A DNA stretch of 64,000 nucleotides, taken from positions 97,228 to 161,227 of the IMG/VR virus record IMGVR_UViG_3300045450_000131. One strand, written 5' to 3'. A program made the position numbers and the translations under genes. Positions 46,054 through 54,702 of this stretch are shown in pieces (within the stretch, counting starts at the first letter, position 1; each line of letters begins with the position of its first letter). Below the pieces are notes generated by a model. That model searched no databases. It was not told where the DNA came from and was given only the letters and a program-made list of their open reading frames with translations. Origin of the DNA: a virus. Taxonomy: Duplodnaviria; Heunggongvirae; Uroviricota; Caudoviricetes.

Positions 46054-46935
46054 TTAGTCATTTAAGTGAAACTTGTAAGATTTTAAGAAGTCAATTATGT
46101 CTTTTCTATCTTCTTCTTGCTTGTTAGATACCATAACTTTTATAAAGATAGCTTTACCTTGAATATACAACTCAACGTCGCGCGCATCTATATTAATACT
46201 ACTTGCCTTGCCATGTTTAAAGTTATCTGTTGCAAATAGCTTTTTAAAATAATCAAGATAATTATTGCTATTAGTTTCATCTAACTTCATTAGCGCCCTT
46301 TTAGCATTATCTAGAATCGCTGAAATTTTCATTATTTCTCCAAATTCAGCAACTTCTTTAATCCTATCTAGCGTTAAGGATTCTAAAATACGAACTAACT
46401 CTTCATACGTGTTTGGCTTTTTAAAGTTTTTTCTCATATCGTCTTTATGAGTTAATCTAAACTCATTTACCATTAGACTATTAAGTATAGTCATTTCCTT
46501 ATCTAGAGAACTGGTACTGACATCTCCATCCACAAAGGCCTGCCATAAGTCATATCTTGGGGTAACTCCAACATGCGCATCATCATACGGTAAAACAATG
46601 AACAAATCACCAAATCCATTTGATGTGGATGAAGAAGTAGAACAAATAAAAGACCTTGAGCGTTTTGGAAATTCACTCCACTGCGGTGAATTATCCATAA
46701 ACAAAGTATAGTAATTGTAAGTGTTAGCTGACTTCCTAGGACTTCCTAAATTAGAATCTCCTATTAATATTGGTGCATTATTATAGGTTCCACGCCATAT
46801 TTGTCTACTTCCAGCTTTAACGGCTTCTATATAACCCATGCAATTCTGCATTATTAAAGTTAAAGCAGTTTCAGGATTAATTTCCTTTAGCCGCCCACTT
46901 CCCTCTTCAGATAGAAATTGTTTAAATGTGATCAT
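46054..46935 (-). CDS. ADP-ribosyltransferase-fold-like paralog B3
   Basis: Starts MITFKQFLSEE at 46935; IWRG / RKSANTYNYY / PKRSRSFICSTS / GFG / DVELYIQG. Confidence 0.65.
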   Translation of the reverse strand: MITFKQFLSEEGSGRLKEINPETALTLIMQNCMGYIEAVKAGSRQIWRGTYNNAPILIGDSNLGSPRKSANTYNYYTLFMDNSPQWSEFPKRSRSFICSTSSSTSNGFGDLFIVLPYDDAHVGVTPRYDLWQAFVDGDVSTSSLDKEMTILNSLMVNEFRLTHKDDMRKNFKKPNTYEELVRILESLTLDRIKEVAEFGEIMKISAILDNAKRALMKLDETNSNNYLDYFKKLFATDNFKHGKASSINIDARDVELYIQGKAIFIKVMVSNKQEEDRKDIIDFLKSYKFHLND

Positions 46936-46946
46936 CATTTCTGTTA

Positions 46947-48857
46947 TCATCCAATCAAAAACGCACAATTGCCCGCTGAACCAGGCCCGCCGTATTCATA
47001 ATTTAATAATTCTTCTTTTAGTTCTACCATGTCTTGCCTAGCTTCAGAAATTAGCAACTCACCATTTAAATTAATGGTACCGTTAGGACCAGGTGTACCA
47101 GAACTAAACTTGCTTCTAATCAATCCAAGCATCATCTTCAATTCAGCCATTGCCCATCCTTGAAGATATTGCTTACACCATCTATCTCTTAATAATTCCT
47201 GCTCGGTTTTTTCTAAGTTACATTCAATTAGGATTGTTTCATATCCCCTGATTGCACGGGTAAATAGGATTTCACGTGAGGCTTCGTCCCACTGGAATGT
47301 TAAATCGCCAGCTAAGATACGCTGCAGTTCTTCTCCGTATGATGCAACTAAATGTGTGGATAAAATATCTCCACCACCGGCCGATAAATTATAAAACTGC
47401 TGAGCAAACGCTTGTGACCATACATCTGATGGACCACCAGTAAATGCTGCAATTGGACCAATGCGACTGATTTTAAAAATGTCAACAATTTTATCAGTTT
47501 TGTCAATTGCGGAATTTAAGTAATATAGTTGCTGGTTTGGAATTAGCTTGAAAATAATGTAGCCACGCTTATATGCTCCCGCAGATAGTTGACGGTAAAA
47601 TTCCAATGCATTATCAATCGCAATGTTAAATTGCTCTTCCTGTAGCTCGACGCACATCTGCGGCCAGCCCATCTGAGAGTTTAATACCTTAATAAGCTTG
47701 ATGCGCTCATCATAACTTCCATCATCTCCAATTGCAACTTTAGATGTAGTAGGCGATCCTTCTTGATCTGTATTAACTTTATTCCAACTAACTCCATTCC
47801 ATGCATTTAATTCTTTAGTAGTGGTGTTATAAAATAGCTGGCCGATGTAGGGCGCATTTAATAACTCTGGTTCTAAAGTTAATGGTGTTACGAATGCTGG
47901 TGTTAAGTTTGAGCCGTTATTGAATAGTGAGTTGGTGCTATTCGGTACCACCCACATTGCGCCATCAAAGTAATGAATTCTTTGTAAGGTGTAATCATAA
48001 TAAACATCACCGATCTCTGGATATTCAGGTGTTCTAATATTTGCGGTAATCTTATTAAAGGCTGCCCATGTTGCACCTGCTCTTAATGATAGATTATCTT
48101 TATTAACATCAATCCAAATACGACCGTTAAAAACTTTGAGTTGGTGGCCACCATATAGATAAACCTGGCCTAATAGACCTGGATTATAGGAGCCACTAAC
48201 AATTGAATCTGCGCGAGTTGGAATCCACGCCCCAGTAATGCCATCATAATATTGAACAATGTTAAGTTGTTGGTCATGATACACCATGCCAGGTGTTGGG
48301 GATAATGGCGCTGTTTGGAAAGATGGGATGTTGCCGGTATATGACGAGCTATACTTTTCAGCCGAAGCACCTTCAAGAGGGTATGATTGCACCCCAATTG
48401 GATAATATTGAATTACGTTGGAACACGCATGAACAGAAGCATAGTAGATAACGTTAGGATTAGTATTTTCGACTACAATGCTGAAGATTTTGAAATTTGC
48501 AGGAAAGCCAGTTACCGTCGCTGTAGATTCTAAAACTTCAGGTTCTGGGAATGGTTCATTTAGAATATTGTAGTATGCGCCAACAACTTGTGCCTCGTCA
48601 ATCTTGTTGGTTGGATTTGTCCAGTCAGGATTTTTATCAGCAAAATATCTTTCGCCGTCTTGTGGGTAATTAACAGTGCTAATTGGCTTGTCGCTCAATA
48701 AGACGATTGCGCCGTCCGCAACATCTTGTGCTAATGGTCGCTTTACTACCAACTTAATTGAAGTCGGAGTTGGGCGAGAGATTTCAATTGAGAACTGACG
48801 AGCGTTTATCCAAAGATCGTGGGTGGTTTTAGAACTGATGTCTGTCGGTGTAAGCAT
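46947..48857 (-). CDS. Neck protein, gp13-like, with long N-terminal extension
   Basis: C-terminal LG.P...VEL..EQ...AID.AL..Y, W...A.AE.K..LG.IRSKF and LNGE.LI.EA motifs. Start at MLTPTD (48857) because CATAAATA lies at 48883-48890. Confidence 0.78.
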   Translation of the reverse strand: MLTPTDISSKTTHDLWINARQFSIEISRPTPTSIKLVVKRPLAQDVADGAIVLLSDKPISTVNYPQDGERYFADKNPDWTNPTNKIDEAQVVGAYYNILNEPFPEPEVLESTATVTGFPANFKIFSIVVENTNPNVIYYASVHACSNVIQYYPIGVQSYPLEGASAEKYSSSYTGNIPSFQTAPLSPTPGMVYHDQQLNIVQYYDGITGAWIPTRADSIVSGSYNPGLLGQVYLYGGHQLKVFNGRIWIDVNKDNLSLRAGATWAAFNKITANIRTPEYPEIGDVYYDYTLQRIHYFDGAMWVVPNSTNSLFNNGSNLTPAFVTPLTLEPELLNAPYIGQLFYNTTTKELNAWNGVSWNKVNTDQEGSPTTSKVAIGDDGSYDERIKLIKVLNSQMGWPQMCVELQEEQFNIAIDNALEFYRQLSAGAYKRGYIIFKLIPNQQLYYLNSAIDKTDKIVDIFKISRIGPIAAFTGGPSDVWSQAFAQQFYNLSAGGGDILSTHLVASYGEELQRILAGDLTFQWDEASREILFTRAIRGYETILIECNLEKTEQELLRDRWCKQYLQGWAMAELKMMLGLIRSKFSSGTPGPNGTINLNGELLISEARQDMVELKEELLNYEYGGPGSAGNCAFLIG

Positions 48858-48882
48858 ATGTAATTCTAGAGAAGTAGAAACA

Positions 48883-48890
48883 TATTTATG
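48883..48890 (-). promoter_or_regulatory. Late promoter-like CATAAATA heading the neck/ART operon
   Basis: About 26 nt upstream of 48857. Confidence 0.65.
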
Positions 48891-48957
48891 CCCTAATATG
48901 ATCACCCACCGCTATTTAGCAACTAATACTATATGTGTGTGCTGGTGTAAATACAGA

Positions 48958-49281
48958 ATGGACTTCATATTACACACCTTTCGCCCGACCGAAACAGTTG
49001 ACGCGGTTCTTAAATTAATGAACAGACACGATATGCCACGAGACATCCTCCTGGTCTTACGTCAAAGTTTTAACCAGCTTAATGGGATGGCTGTGCCTCG
49101 AGTCGGCCAAACTTTTAAGATTCCAGTTGAAGGTAAATCTCAGGAATATCAAGAGGCTATATTGCCCTTGCCCGAGGCACAAAAAGAGGAGGTGCCAATT
49201 ATAACACCTCCTCAAGATAATAGTGGTTTAACTGTTGTTGGCGCTAAGAGACCAACTAGAAAAATTGTAACCTTAAGTTAA
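48958..49281 (+). CDS. LysM-like domain protein
   Basis: HTFRPTETVDAVL...F..LNG...PRVGQTFKIP resembles LysM. Start set at MDFIL, with TAAATA 4 nt upstream. Confidence 0.55.
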   Translation: MDFILHTFRPTETVDAVLKLMNRHDMPRDILLVLRQSFNQLNGMAVPRVGQTFKIPVEGKSQEYQEAILPLPEAQKEEVPIITPPQDNSGLTVVGAKRPTRKIVTLS

Positions 49282-49863
49282 GACATTCAAGACGATCTTG
49301 CTGATATTGATAGCATCGTCTTGTCCATTGTGGGGCCTACCGTCAAAGACGTGGCCGCAATAGTTGAGCATTCTATCCAAGCCCATTTCCTTCTTTAGAT
49401 TGTGCTTTAAAGCGAAAAGAGTTTTGATATTATAGAAGCTTCGCATATTGTCAAATGGATTGTCTTCATATGAGATACCGTATAAGCCGACGCCCTGCTT
49501 GCCAGTTACGCTAGATAACTTCCATCGATCATACTCTCCACATGCAAACCATATGTGCTGCTTTGTGCATTCACTGTCTGCCGCAAATTGCTTAAGACCA
49601 TCTACAATGTCTACACCGTGGCGATCTAGATCACCTTGAGCCCAGCCTGTAAGCTGTGTACAGAACTTGCTAACTTTTGAATACCGTGGCTTAATAATAA
49701 CTGAGCCCTTCTTGATAACTTTCTTTTCTGTCAAGTTAAGCTTTGCCCACCCAATCTCAATTACCTCACTTGGTTGATTGTTTTGCAATTCACTTGCGTC
49801 TGTCTTATCCCAACACGTGGCTTCTACATCTACCACGATGACTTCATTTAGCTTAGCGCCCAT
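49273..49863 (-). CDS. DEDDh 3'-5' exonuclease (ERI-1/KapD-like)
   Basis: VVDVEATCW, EVIEIG, FCTQLTG, GEYD and G.PH.G.DDA motifs. Confidence 0.9.
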   Translation of the reverse strand: MGAKLNEVIVVDVEATCWDKTDASELQNNQPSEVIEIGWAKLNLTEKKVIKKGSVIIKPRYSKVSKFCTQLTGWAQGDLDRHGVDIVDGLKQFAADSECTKQHIWFACGEYDRWKLSSVTGKQGVGLYGISYEDNPFDNMRSFYNIKTLFALKHNLKKEMGLDRMLNYCGHVFDGRPHNGQDDAINISKIVLNVLT

Positions 49864-50068
49864 TCTTTACACCTATTTTTATTTCTTTGAGCAGGCTCAT
49901 CAATAGCCCAACATTTTTATCCGTGTCTTTGCCCTTGTTAATTTCAGCCAGCAATGATTCTCCAATCTCACGGGTTCGGTTCGAGATAAATGCAACTTCA
50001 TTCGGCTTTATACCAAATTTAAAAGCTTGCTCAATATCAGCAAATGTCTTAATCATACTTGTCAGCAC
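49853..50068 (-). CDS. Hypothetical protein
   Basis: Small ORF overlapping both neighbours. Confidence 0.5.
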   Translation of the reverse strand: MLTSMIKTFADIEQAFKFGIKPNEVAFISNRTREIGESLLAEINKGKDTDKNVGLLMSLLKEIKIGVKNGR

Positions 50069-50273
50069 CTGCCACCAGGCTAAGTAATGCTGCGAGCTCG
50101 GCGTTATTTGTAGTTAGCTCGATATTTAGCAGCCTAATTGCTTCCTGATATTGCGAAGTTTGCATGCCCATCTTGCCGCCATTAATGACGTTGCGAAGAC
50201 GAACCATTGTATGGTCAATAACTTGGTTACGCTCACGCAGCCAGTTAATTCTCTCCTGTGACATTGGTTTCAT
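50049..50273 (-). CDS. Hypothetical protein
   Basis: Start moved to MKPMSQ (50273), overlapping the end of denV-like. Confidence 0.5.
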   Translation of the reverse strand: MKPMSQERINWLRERNQVIDHTMVRLRNVINGGKMGMQTSQYQEAIRLLNIELTTNNAELAALLSLVAGADKYD

Positions 50274-50913
50274 TAGTTGTCCTTTTAATAAACCATTCTG
50301 GGGCTTGGCGGCCGTATGACCACTTGGCAAACCTGATCTTGTCCAGAACGTAGAAATTTTGGTAAGAAAGCGTAACATCATCCACCTTGAATTGATCAGG
50401 CATGGCCTTCGGCGGGTCATAGAATTCACCCTGCTTGATATTCTTCGGAGGAGTCTTCAGCACTTCAAGCAGCGCCTCGACGCTGTGATGCTTGTTGCGC
50501 CTGAAGGTAAACTCCTTCAGCAGCTCCACAAGCAAGTTATAGAGATAATTATAATTCGAAACGTTGTCACGAGCCCATACATTACAAGGATGATTGGCGT
50601 GAGACGCCTTGTACATCTGCTTATTGATAATCTCAACTTTAGGAACTTCTTTCCAGCCAACAACAGCGCCGTTTTGGTTTAATACATCCTCACGTTCATA
50701 TTGAATATTAATGGATTCGCCTGGCAGAAGTAGAATCTTCTTGCTTTTTACTTTCCCATCCACGTTCACGGTAAACGGCGTCATTGTGCCATCCAGAATG
50801 CGGTGACAAGTCGAGAGCATTTGAGCATACTCAATGACCATCTTGATGACGTGCTGGTCGCAGTGCTGCTGTGCGCAGGTAGTAACATCAGTGTGCAGGT
50901 AAAAAATATTCAT
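50245..50913 (-). CDS. denV: Pyrimidine-dimer DNA glycosylase (DenV/endonuclease V family)
   Basis: MNIF.L...AQ.HCD.HV.KM..E.AQMLST, H.NHPC..W and P.AMPD..K...YQ.FY...K..FAKW motifs. Confidence 0.85.
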   Translation of the reverse strand: MNIFYLHTDVTTCAQQHCDQHVIKMVIEYAQMLSTCHRILDGTMTPFTVNVDGKVKSKKILLLPGESINIQYEREDVLNQNGAVVGWKEVPKVEIINKQMYKASHANHPCNVWARDNVSNYNYLYNLLVELLKEFTFRRNKHHSVEALLEVLKTPPKNIKQGEFYDPPKAMPDQFKVDDVTLSYQNFYVLDKIRFAKWSYGRQAPEWFIKRTTNETNVTGEN

Positions 50914-50919
50914 ACTGGT

Positions 50920-50949
50920 ATTTTAATTCAGTATGAACAAAATGTACAC
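50920..50949 (-). promoter_or_regulatory. Early promoter GTGTAC-N18-TAAAAT
   Basis: The -10 ends 6 nt before the denV-like ATG. Confidence 0.65.
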
Positions 50950-50954
50950 TAAAA

Positions 50955-51416
50955 TTATTCTCTCACTAATTTAAAATAGGTGCCTTCAATCCAGTCGTCT
51001 TCACCAGTTTCGATTTTAAAGCCCGCTGGCTTGAATCTTTTTAGCATGGTGCCATACACCCTAACTCTAGATTTTTCTTTTTCAGTTGCGGTGAAAACAA
51101 GTGCCTTTACGTCTTTTTCTTTAATTAAGTATTCTAGAATTTTCTTGATGGTTGCAAACACCTGAAATTCTTTGCCGGTGCCCGTCTTATCATAGGATGG
51201 GGCCTTACCACCAGATATTTCGTAAAATTGTATTTCCCATTCATCAACGTCCATTTTGCCATCTTCGACAAAGCTAGGTATGACTATGCGGTTGGCGGTG
51301 AATGTGATTCGTTTGTCATCTATAACAAACTTAGCAGTTAGATTCTTCTCTGTATTCTTAGTGATAATAAAATCAACTGGCTGATTTAACACTTCAAGCA
51401 ATTCTTCTATTTTCAT
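50955..51416 (-). CDS. Hypothetical protein, paralog of 57516..57932
   Basis: Starts MKIEELLEVLN; WEIQF, TG.G.EF.VF and R.R.Y motifs shared with the paralog. Confidence 0.7.
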   Translation of the reverse strand: MKIEELLEVLNQPVDFIITKNTEKNLTAKFVIDDKRITFTANRIVIPSFVEDGKMDVDEWEIQFYEISGGKAPSYDKTGTGKEFQVFATIKKILEYLIKEKDVKALVFTATEKEKSRVRVYGTMLKRFKPAGFKIETGEDDWIEGTYFKLVRE

Positions 51417-52261
51417 GGCCGCACCAATACGTATCCTTTTTCGGGCTTAGTGAATTCAACAATGAGTTGATTCTGGCTAGTATAAGAAACGTCAGATGGA
51501 ATAATTAATTTTGGACCGTTACCACGATCAACGAAAAATTGCGTAAACGCAATATATGGCTCATCTAAATCTAAGTTATGGTTTACAACCCACGAGGTAT
51601 TAGCTTCAGTCTGTGCGTGTTTGTATGTAATGCCAAATGAATCTTTATTTAAAATAACCCATGAGGTGCCATTCCAATTACGCATTTGATTATCAGTTAA
51701 GCTATACCACGCCTGTCCTAGGAATGGATTCTGAGGTGCATCAACTGAAGAGAAGTTACGGGCAATATTAACGTAATTCTGGGCATAGCCTTCACCCCAC
51801 CCAGTGGTGTTCCGTCCCATGAACTCAACGCCATAATCAGTGATATTAACACCTGGTGGAACCACTAACCCGCGCGTACCTAAATCTAGCAAGTAGGCGC
51901 TAATATTTGTGATATACCCGTCACTGAGTAATGGGTCTGCTGGATCGTTAATTGCAGAAATTACTTCATTGACTTTGATCTTGGTAGTATTGTTTGCAAA
52001 TGTACTGGATGATTCTGAATCGTTCTTTGGCGTGTACACGGTATACTTGCCGTTGTACTTGCTATTGCCAACAATTTCAAAGGTCGTTGCAACGATTGAC
52101 TGGTATGTGTTTGGCGGGTTTGCAGTGTAAAAAGGCAAGATAGAACCGAAACTATTTCGATAGTATTTGCCCTGGAATAAGTCAACGAAATTACCAGCAA
52201 TCTCAATTGAGCCTGGCTGCGAGGTAGTCGCGTTGACCTTTTGAATCTTAATCTTGCGCAT
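51413..52261 (-). CDS. Virion structural protein (baseplate/fibre-associated)
   Basis: G.GY.QN...I..NF....P.NP..GQ.WY and W.V.HNL motifs; AATAAATA at 52287-52294. Confidence 0.65.
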   Translation of the reverse strand: MRKIKIQKVNATTSQPGSIEIAGNFVDLFQGKYYRNSFGSILPFYTANPPNTYQSIVATTFEIVGNSKYNGKYTVYTPKNDSESSSTFANNTTKIKVNEVISAINDPADPLLSDGYITNISAYLLDLGTRGLVVPPGVNITDYGVEFMGRNTTGWGEGYAQNYVNIARNFSSVDAPQNPFLGQAWYSLTDNQMRNWNGTSWVILNKDSFGITYKHAQTEANTSWVVNHNLDLDEPYIAFTQFFVDRGNGPKLIIPSDVSYTSQNQLIVEFTKPEKGYVLVRP

Positions 52262-52299
52262 GAGTGTACCTGACGATTATGTCAGGTATTTATTCAATA

Positions 52300-52707
52300 T
52301 TAGAAAGTTAAAGTGCAGCGATTCTTCTCTTTAGGTTGCCACTCTGGCACTTCAACTTCTAAGTTCTTTTCAAACCACCGCGCAACGAGTCTGCGGTGAC
52401 AAAAGTCGCCTGGGCTTTCTAGCTTCTCAAAACACATGAGAGTGACGTCATCCCCATACTCAGCAATGATCGCTTCATATACTTCGCTTGGATCTAAGTC
52501 TGCTAAAACGATACGCTCAAATTCTTTATTATAAAGTTCCTCAGATAGACCCTTATGCGCCATATCTACTAGCGACCAAGGCGGAGCTAATACCTTAAAT
52601 TGAGGGCCAACATACCACTTTGGCGGGTGTTGGCTAATGCTCAATGGTACTTTAATATTCCTGATATTGGAAAAGTAAGATGTCTTCACCGTCTGTTTAG
52701 TACCCAA
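52300..52707 (-). CDS. DUF488-like protein
   Basis: TSYF, SIS..PP.WY, LAP.W and L.C.EK...FCHRRLVA.W motifs. Confidence 0.7.
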   Translation of the reverse strand: MGTKQTVKTSYFSNIRNIKVPLSISQHPPKWYVGPQFKVLAPPWSLVDMAHKGLSEELYNKEFERIVLADLDPSEVYEAIIAEYGDDVTLMCFEKLESPGDFCHRRLVARWFEKNLEVEVPEWQPKEKNRCTLTF

Positions 52708-52826
52708 ATAATAAGCGCGCCTAGTGCAAAGACAATTGTGCCAACACCAAGCATGATAAACACATCTGCCAGGAATGCTCCAATCTTAGCGCCAAATCCA
52801 AATGTCAGTGAATCAAAGAATCCCAT
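52686..52826 (-). CDS. Small membrane protein, 46 aa
   Basis: Hand translation MGFFDSLTFGFGAKIGAFLADVFIMLGVGTIVFALGALIIWVLNRR; GGAG SD upstream. Confidence 0.6.
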   Translation of the reverse strand: MGFFDSLTFGFGAKIGAFLADVFIMLGVGTIVFALGALIIWVLNRR

Positions 52827-52846
52827 TCTTACTCCTTTCGGATATT

Positions 52847-53245
52847 TTATCCAATGCTCATAGTTGAGCCAGCTGTAACATATGATGCCTTAGCCAGTCT
52901 GAACTGCTGCGCCCAAGGCCATTCATTCTTAAAATATGCCTTAAATGATTGAGAATCTAAATTAATGGTTTCATCAACGGATGCTTCCATCATCTCAATA
53001 ACTTCATTATAATCAGTCTCGTGATTTTGAGGAAAGCTGATGCTGACTCGCAGTTCCTTTAAGTCTTCAACATTCTCAGTTTTATTTACACGCTTAGAGA
53101 TTGTCTTAAGGTCTTCCTGCAACCGCGCCTTGAATTCAACAAGCGCTTCCTCATACTCCTTGCGGTGAATGTTGCGGTTCTCATAGAGCTTCTCGAGCAA
53201 AGTTGAGCGCTTAACATTGATTGATTTATTATGCATGTTAATCAT
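52847..53245 (-). CDS. Conserved hypothetical protein
   Basis: Helical, 132 aa, with an SD (AGGAG). Confidence 0.7.
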   Translation of the reverse strand: MINMHNKSINVKRSTLLEKLYENRNIHRKEYEEALVEFKARLQEDLKTISKRVNKTENVEDLKELRVSISFPQNHETDYNEVIEMMEASVDETINLDSQSFKAYFKNEWPWAQQFRLAKASYVTAGSTMSIG

Positions 53246-53269
53246 ATTTATTCTCCTAAATTATTTGTT

Positions 53270-53506
53270 TTAATCCACGGCCCCATTAGGCATCGTAGGC
53301 TGCATCCAGTGGGTTGGGTTAATTACAGTGTAGTTCCACGTATCGTGGCAGCCGCACCAAACTGCGGCAACCCAGCCTTCATCATCTTGCCAATGACCGT
53401 CAAACGTGCCAGTTGGGTTAAAGTCCAAGTCGATTAGAGTTGGGTCAAAGAGCCACAAAGGTCGATCCTCTGGTGCAGTGTTTATAGGGCACCATTGTTC
53501 ATTCAT
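53270..53506 (-). CDS. DUF551-like phage protein
   Basis: W.PI.TAP.D ... PTHW.P.P motif. Confidence 0.75.
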   Translation of the reverse strand: MNEQWCPINTAPEDRPLWLFDPTLIDLDFNPTGTFDGHWQDDEGWVAAVWCGCHDTWNYTVINPTHWMQPTMPNGAVD

Positions 53507-53510
53507 GATT

Positions 53511-53942
53511 TCAGTCCTTAAAAACTTTGCTGAAGAGCCCGACGTTGTCGAGGTGAGATGGGGGTGTCCAGCCAGTAGGCTTAACTAAGTCTGGCAAGCC
53601 AAGTTCATTCTTACGGTTGGCATTTACGCCAACTTCCTTCATGATGTTCTTTTCGTGAACTCGGTCCCATGCCAAATCCGAGTCGATCTCGAAGGCGTCA
53701 AGTGTACCGATAGCAACGACGCACAGGTCAATAAGGGCATCAACCGATTCATCCGCCCGGTCCTTCTTAAAATTAGGATCGTTGAGTGCTTCGTCCAGTT
53801 CTTGGAGTTCTTCTTTTAGAAAGTCAATTCTGAACTGCAGAAAGGTGCGCAGCTCATCTTTATCAAGCTTACGCACCGCAGTATTGACGCCAAATTTTGT
53901 GTGCATTTGAGCGATATTTTTTACCCAGCCGTCTTTTTGCAT
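53511..53942 (-). CDS. MazG-like / all-alpha nucleotide pyrophosphohydrolase
   Basis: FLKEELQEL, VDALIDL..VAIG, AWDRVHEKN..K and LVKP.GW.PP motifs. Confidence 0.82.
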   Translation of the reverse strand: MQKDGWVKNIAQMHTKFGVNTAVRKLDKDELRTFLQFRIDFLKEELQELDEALNDPNFKKDRADESVDALIDLCVVAIGTLDAFEIDSDLAWDRVHEKNIMKEVGVNANRKNELGLPDLVKPTGWTPPSHLDNVGLFSKVFKD

Positions 53943-54013
53943 AGCATCTTTTCCTCTTAAAGATGCTATTGTAACATTACATTTACGTAAAATTAGAGAG
54001 TTATGCGATCCAA

Positions 54014-54427
54014 TTAAAGCATTGAGAAGTGTGGGTCAGTTTCTAAAATCCAAGTGTCGGCTGCGCCGAGAGTAATCATGCCGTCTGCAGAAGCATCGCA
54101 AAGCAAAATCAGCTGGTGCACTTTATCAAGGAGCCTATCGTGTTGTTCCTGAAGCAAACTCCACTTAGTCCACCACAGTCCTTCTTCCTTACATGTCTTT
54201 TCTGCGCGCAGGAAATTAATGGCTTCAGTTCGGGTTAAAGCCGGCTTAGGTTTTTTAAATATGCCACCGGGTTGTGGCACCATTAGCTTATTAATTTCAT
54301 TACTAAGGCGGCTGATAATAAAGAGCTCACCTTGATTAATAAATTGAATGCACTTCTCTTTAACTAGCTCGGCACTAACCTTAGCCGAGCTTTCCATGTC
54401 AGAAAATACGGCATATACTTTAGTCAT
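54014..54427 (-). CDS. Hypothetical protein
   Basis: 137-aa ORF in an early operon. Confidence 0.6.
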   Translation of the reverse strand: MTKVYAVFSDMESSAKVSAELVKEKCIQFINQGELFIISRLSNEINKLMVPQPGGIFKKPKPALTRTEAINFLRAEKTCKEEGLWWTKWSLLQEQHDRLLDKVHQLILLCDASADGMITLGAADTWILETDPHFSML

Positions 54428-54698
54428 CTTGCTTCCTCACTAATCCCATTAGCTCAGCAAATTGATTCTGCAGCTTTGTTTGGCCTTCACGAATACCACG
54501 CATGTGCTCGCGCACTGCATAACGCAGCATGCTAACTAGGTTATTGGCTGACATACTATCATCTATATCAAACAAATAGCCTGGCCTATCAGGATTTATT
54601 GACCAGATTTCGTATTTGTTAGAACGAATACCTCCTGGCATGACATAGGCTCGTGCTTCAATCTCCCAGGTGTCAAAGACCGCTTTGAGATGATCCAT
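54420..54698 (-). CDS. Hypothetical protein
   Basis: 92-aa ORF in an early operon. Confidence 0.6.
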   Translation of the reverse strand: MDHLKAVFDTWEIEARAYVMPGGIRSNKYEIWSINPDRPGYLFDIDDSMSANNLVSMLRYAVREHMRGIREGQTKLQNQFAELMGLVRKQDD

Positions 54699-54702
54699 AA
54701 TG

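Noticed and set aside
39869-46935. Repeated 21-24 nt sequences separated by 650-900 nt, considered as a CRISPR-like or non-coding repeat array
   Set aside because: The repeats are the coding starts of genes and the intervening DNA is intact coding sequence; reported instead as tag repeats.
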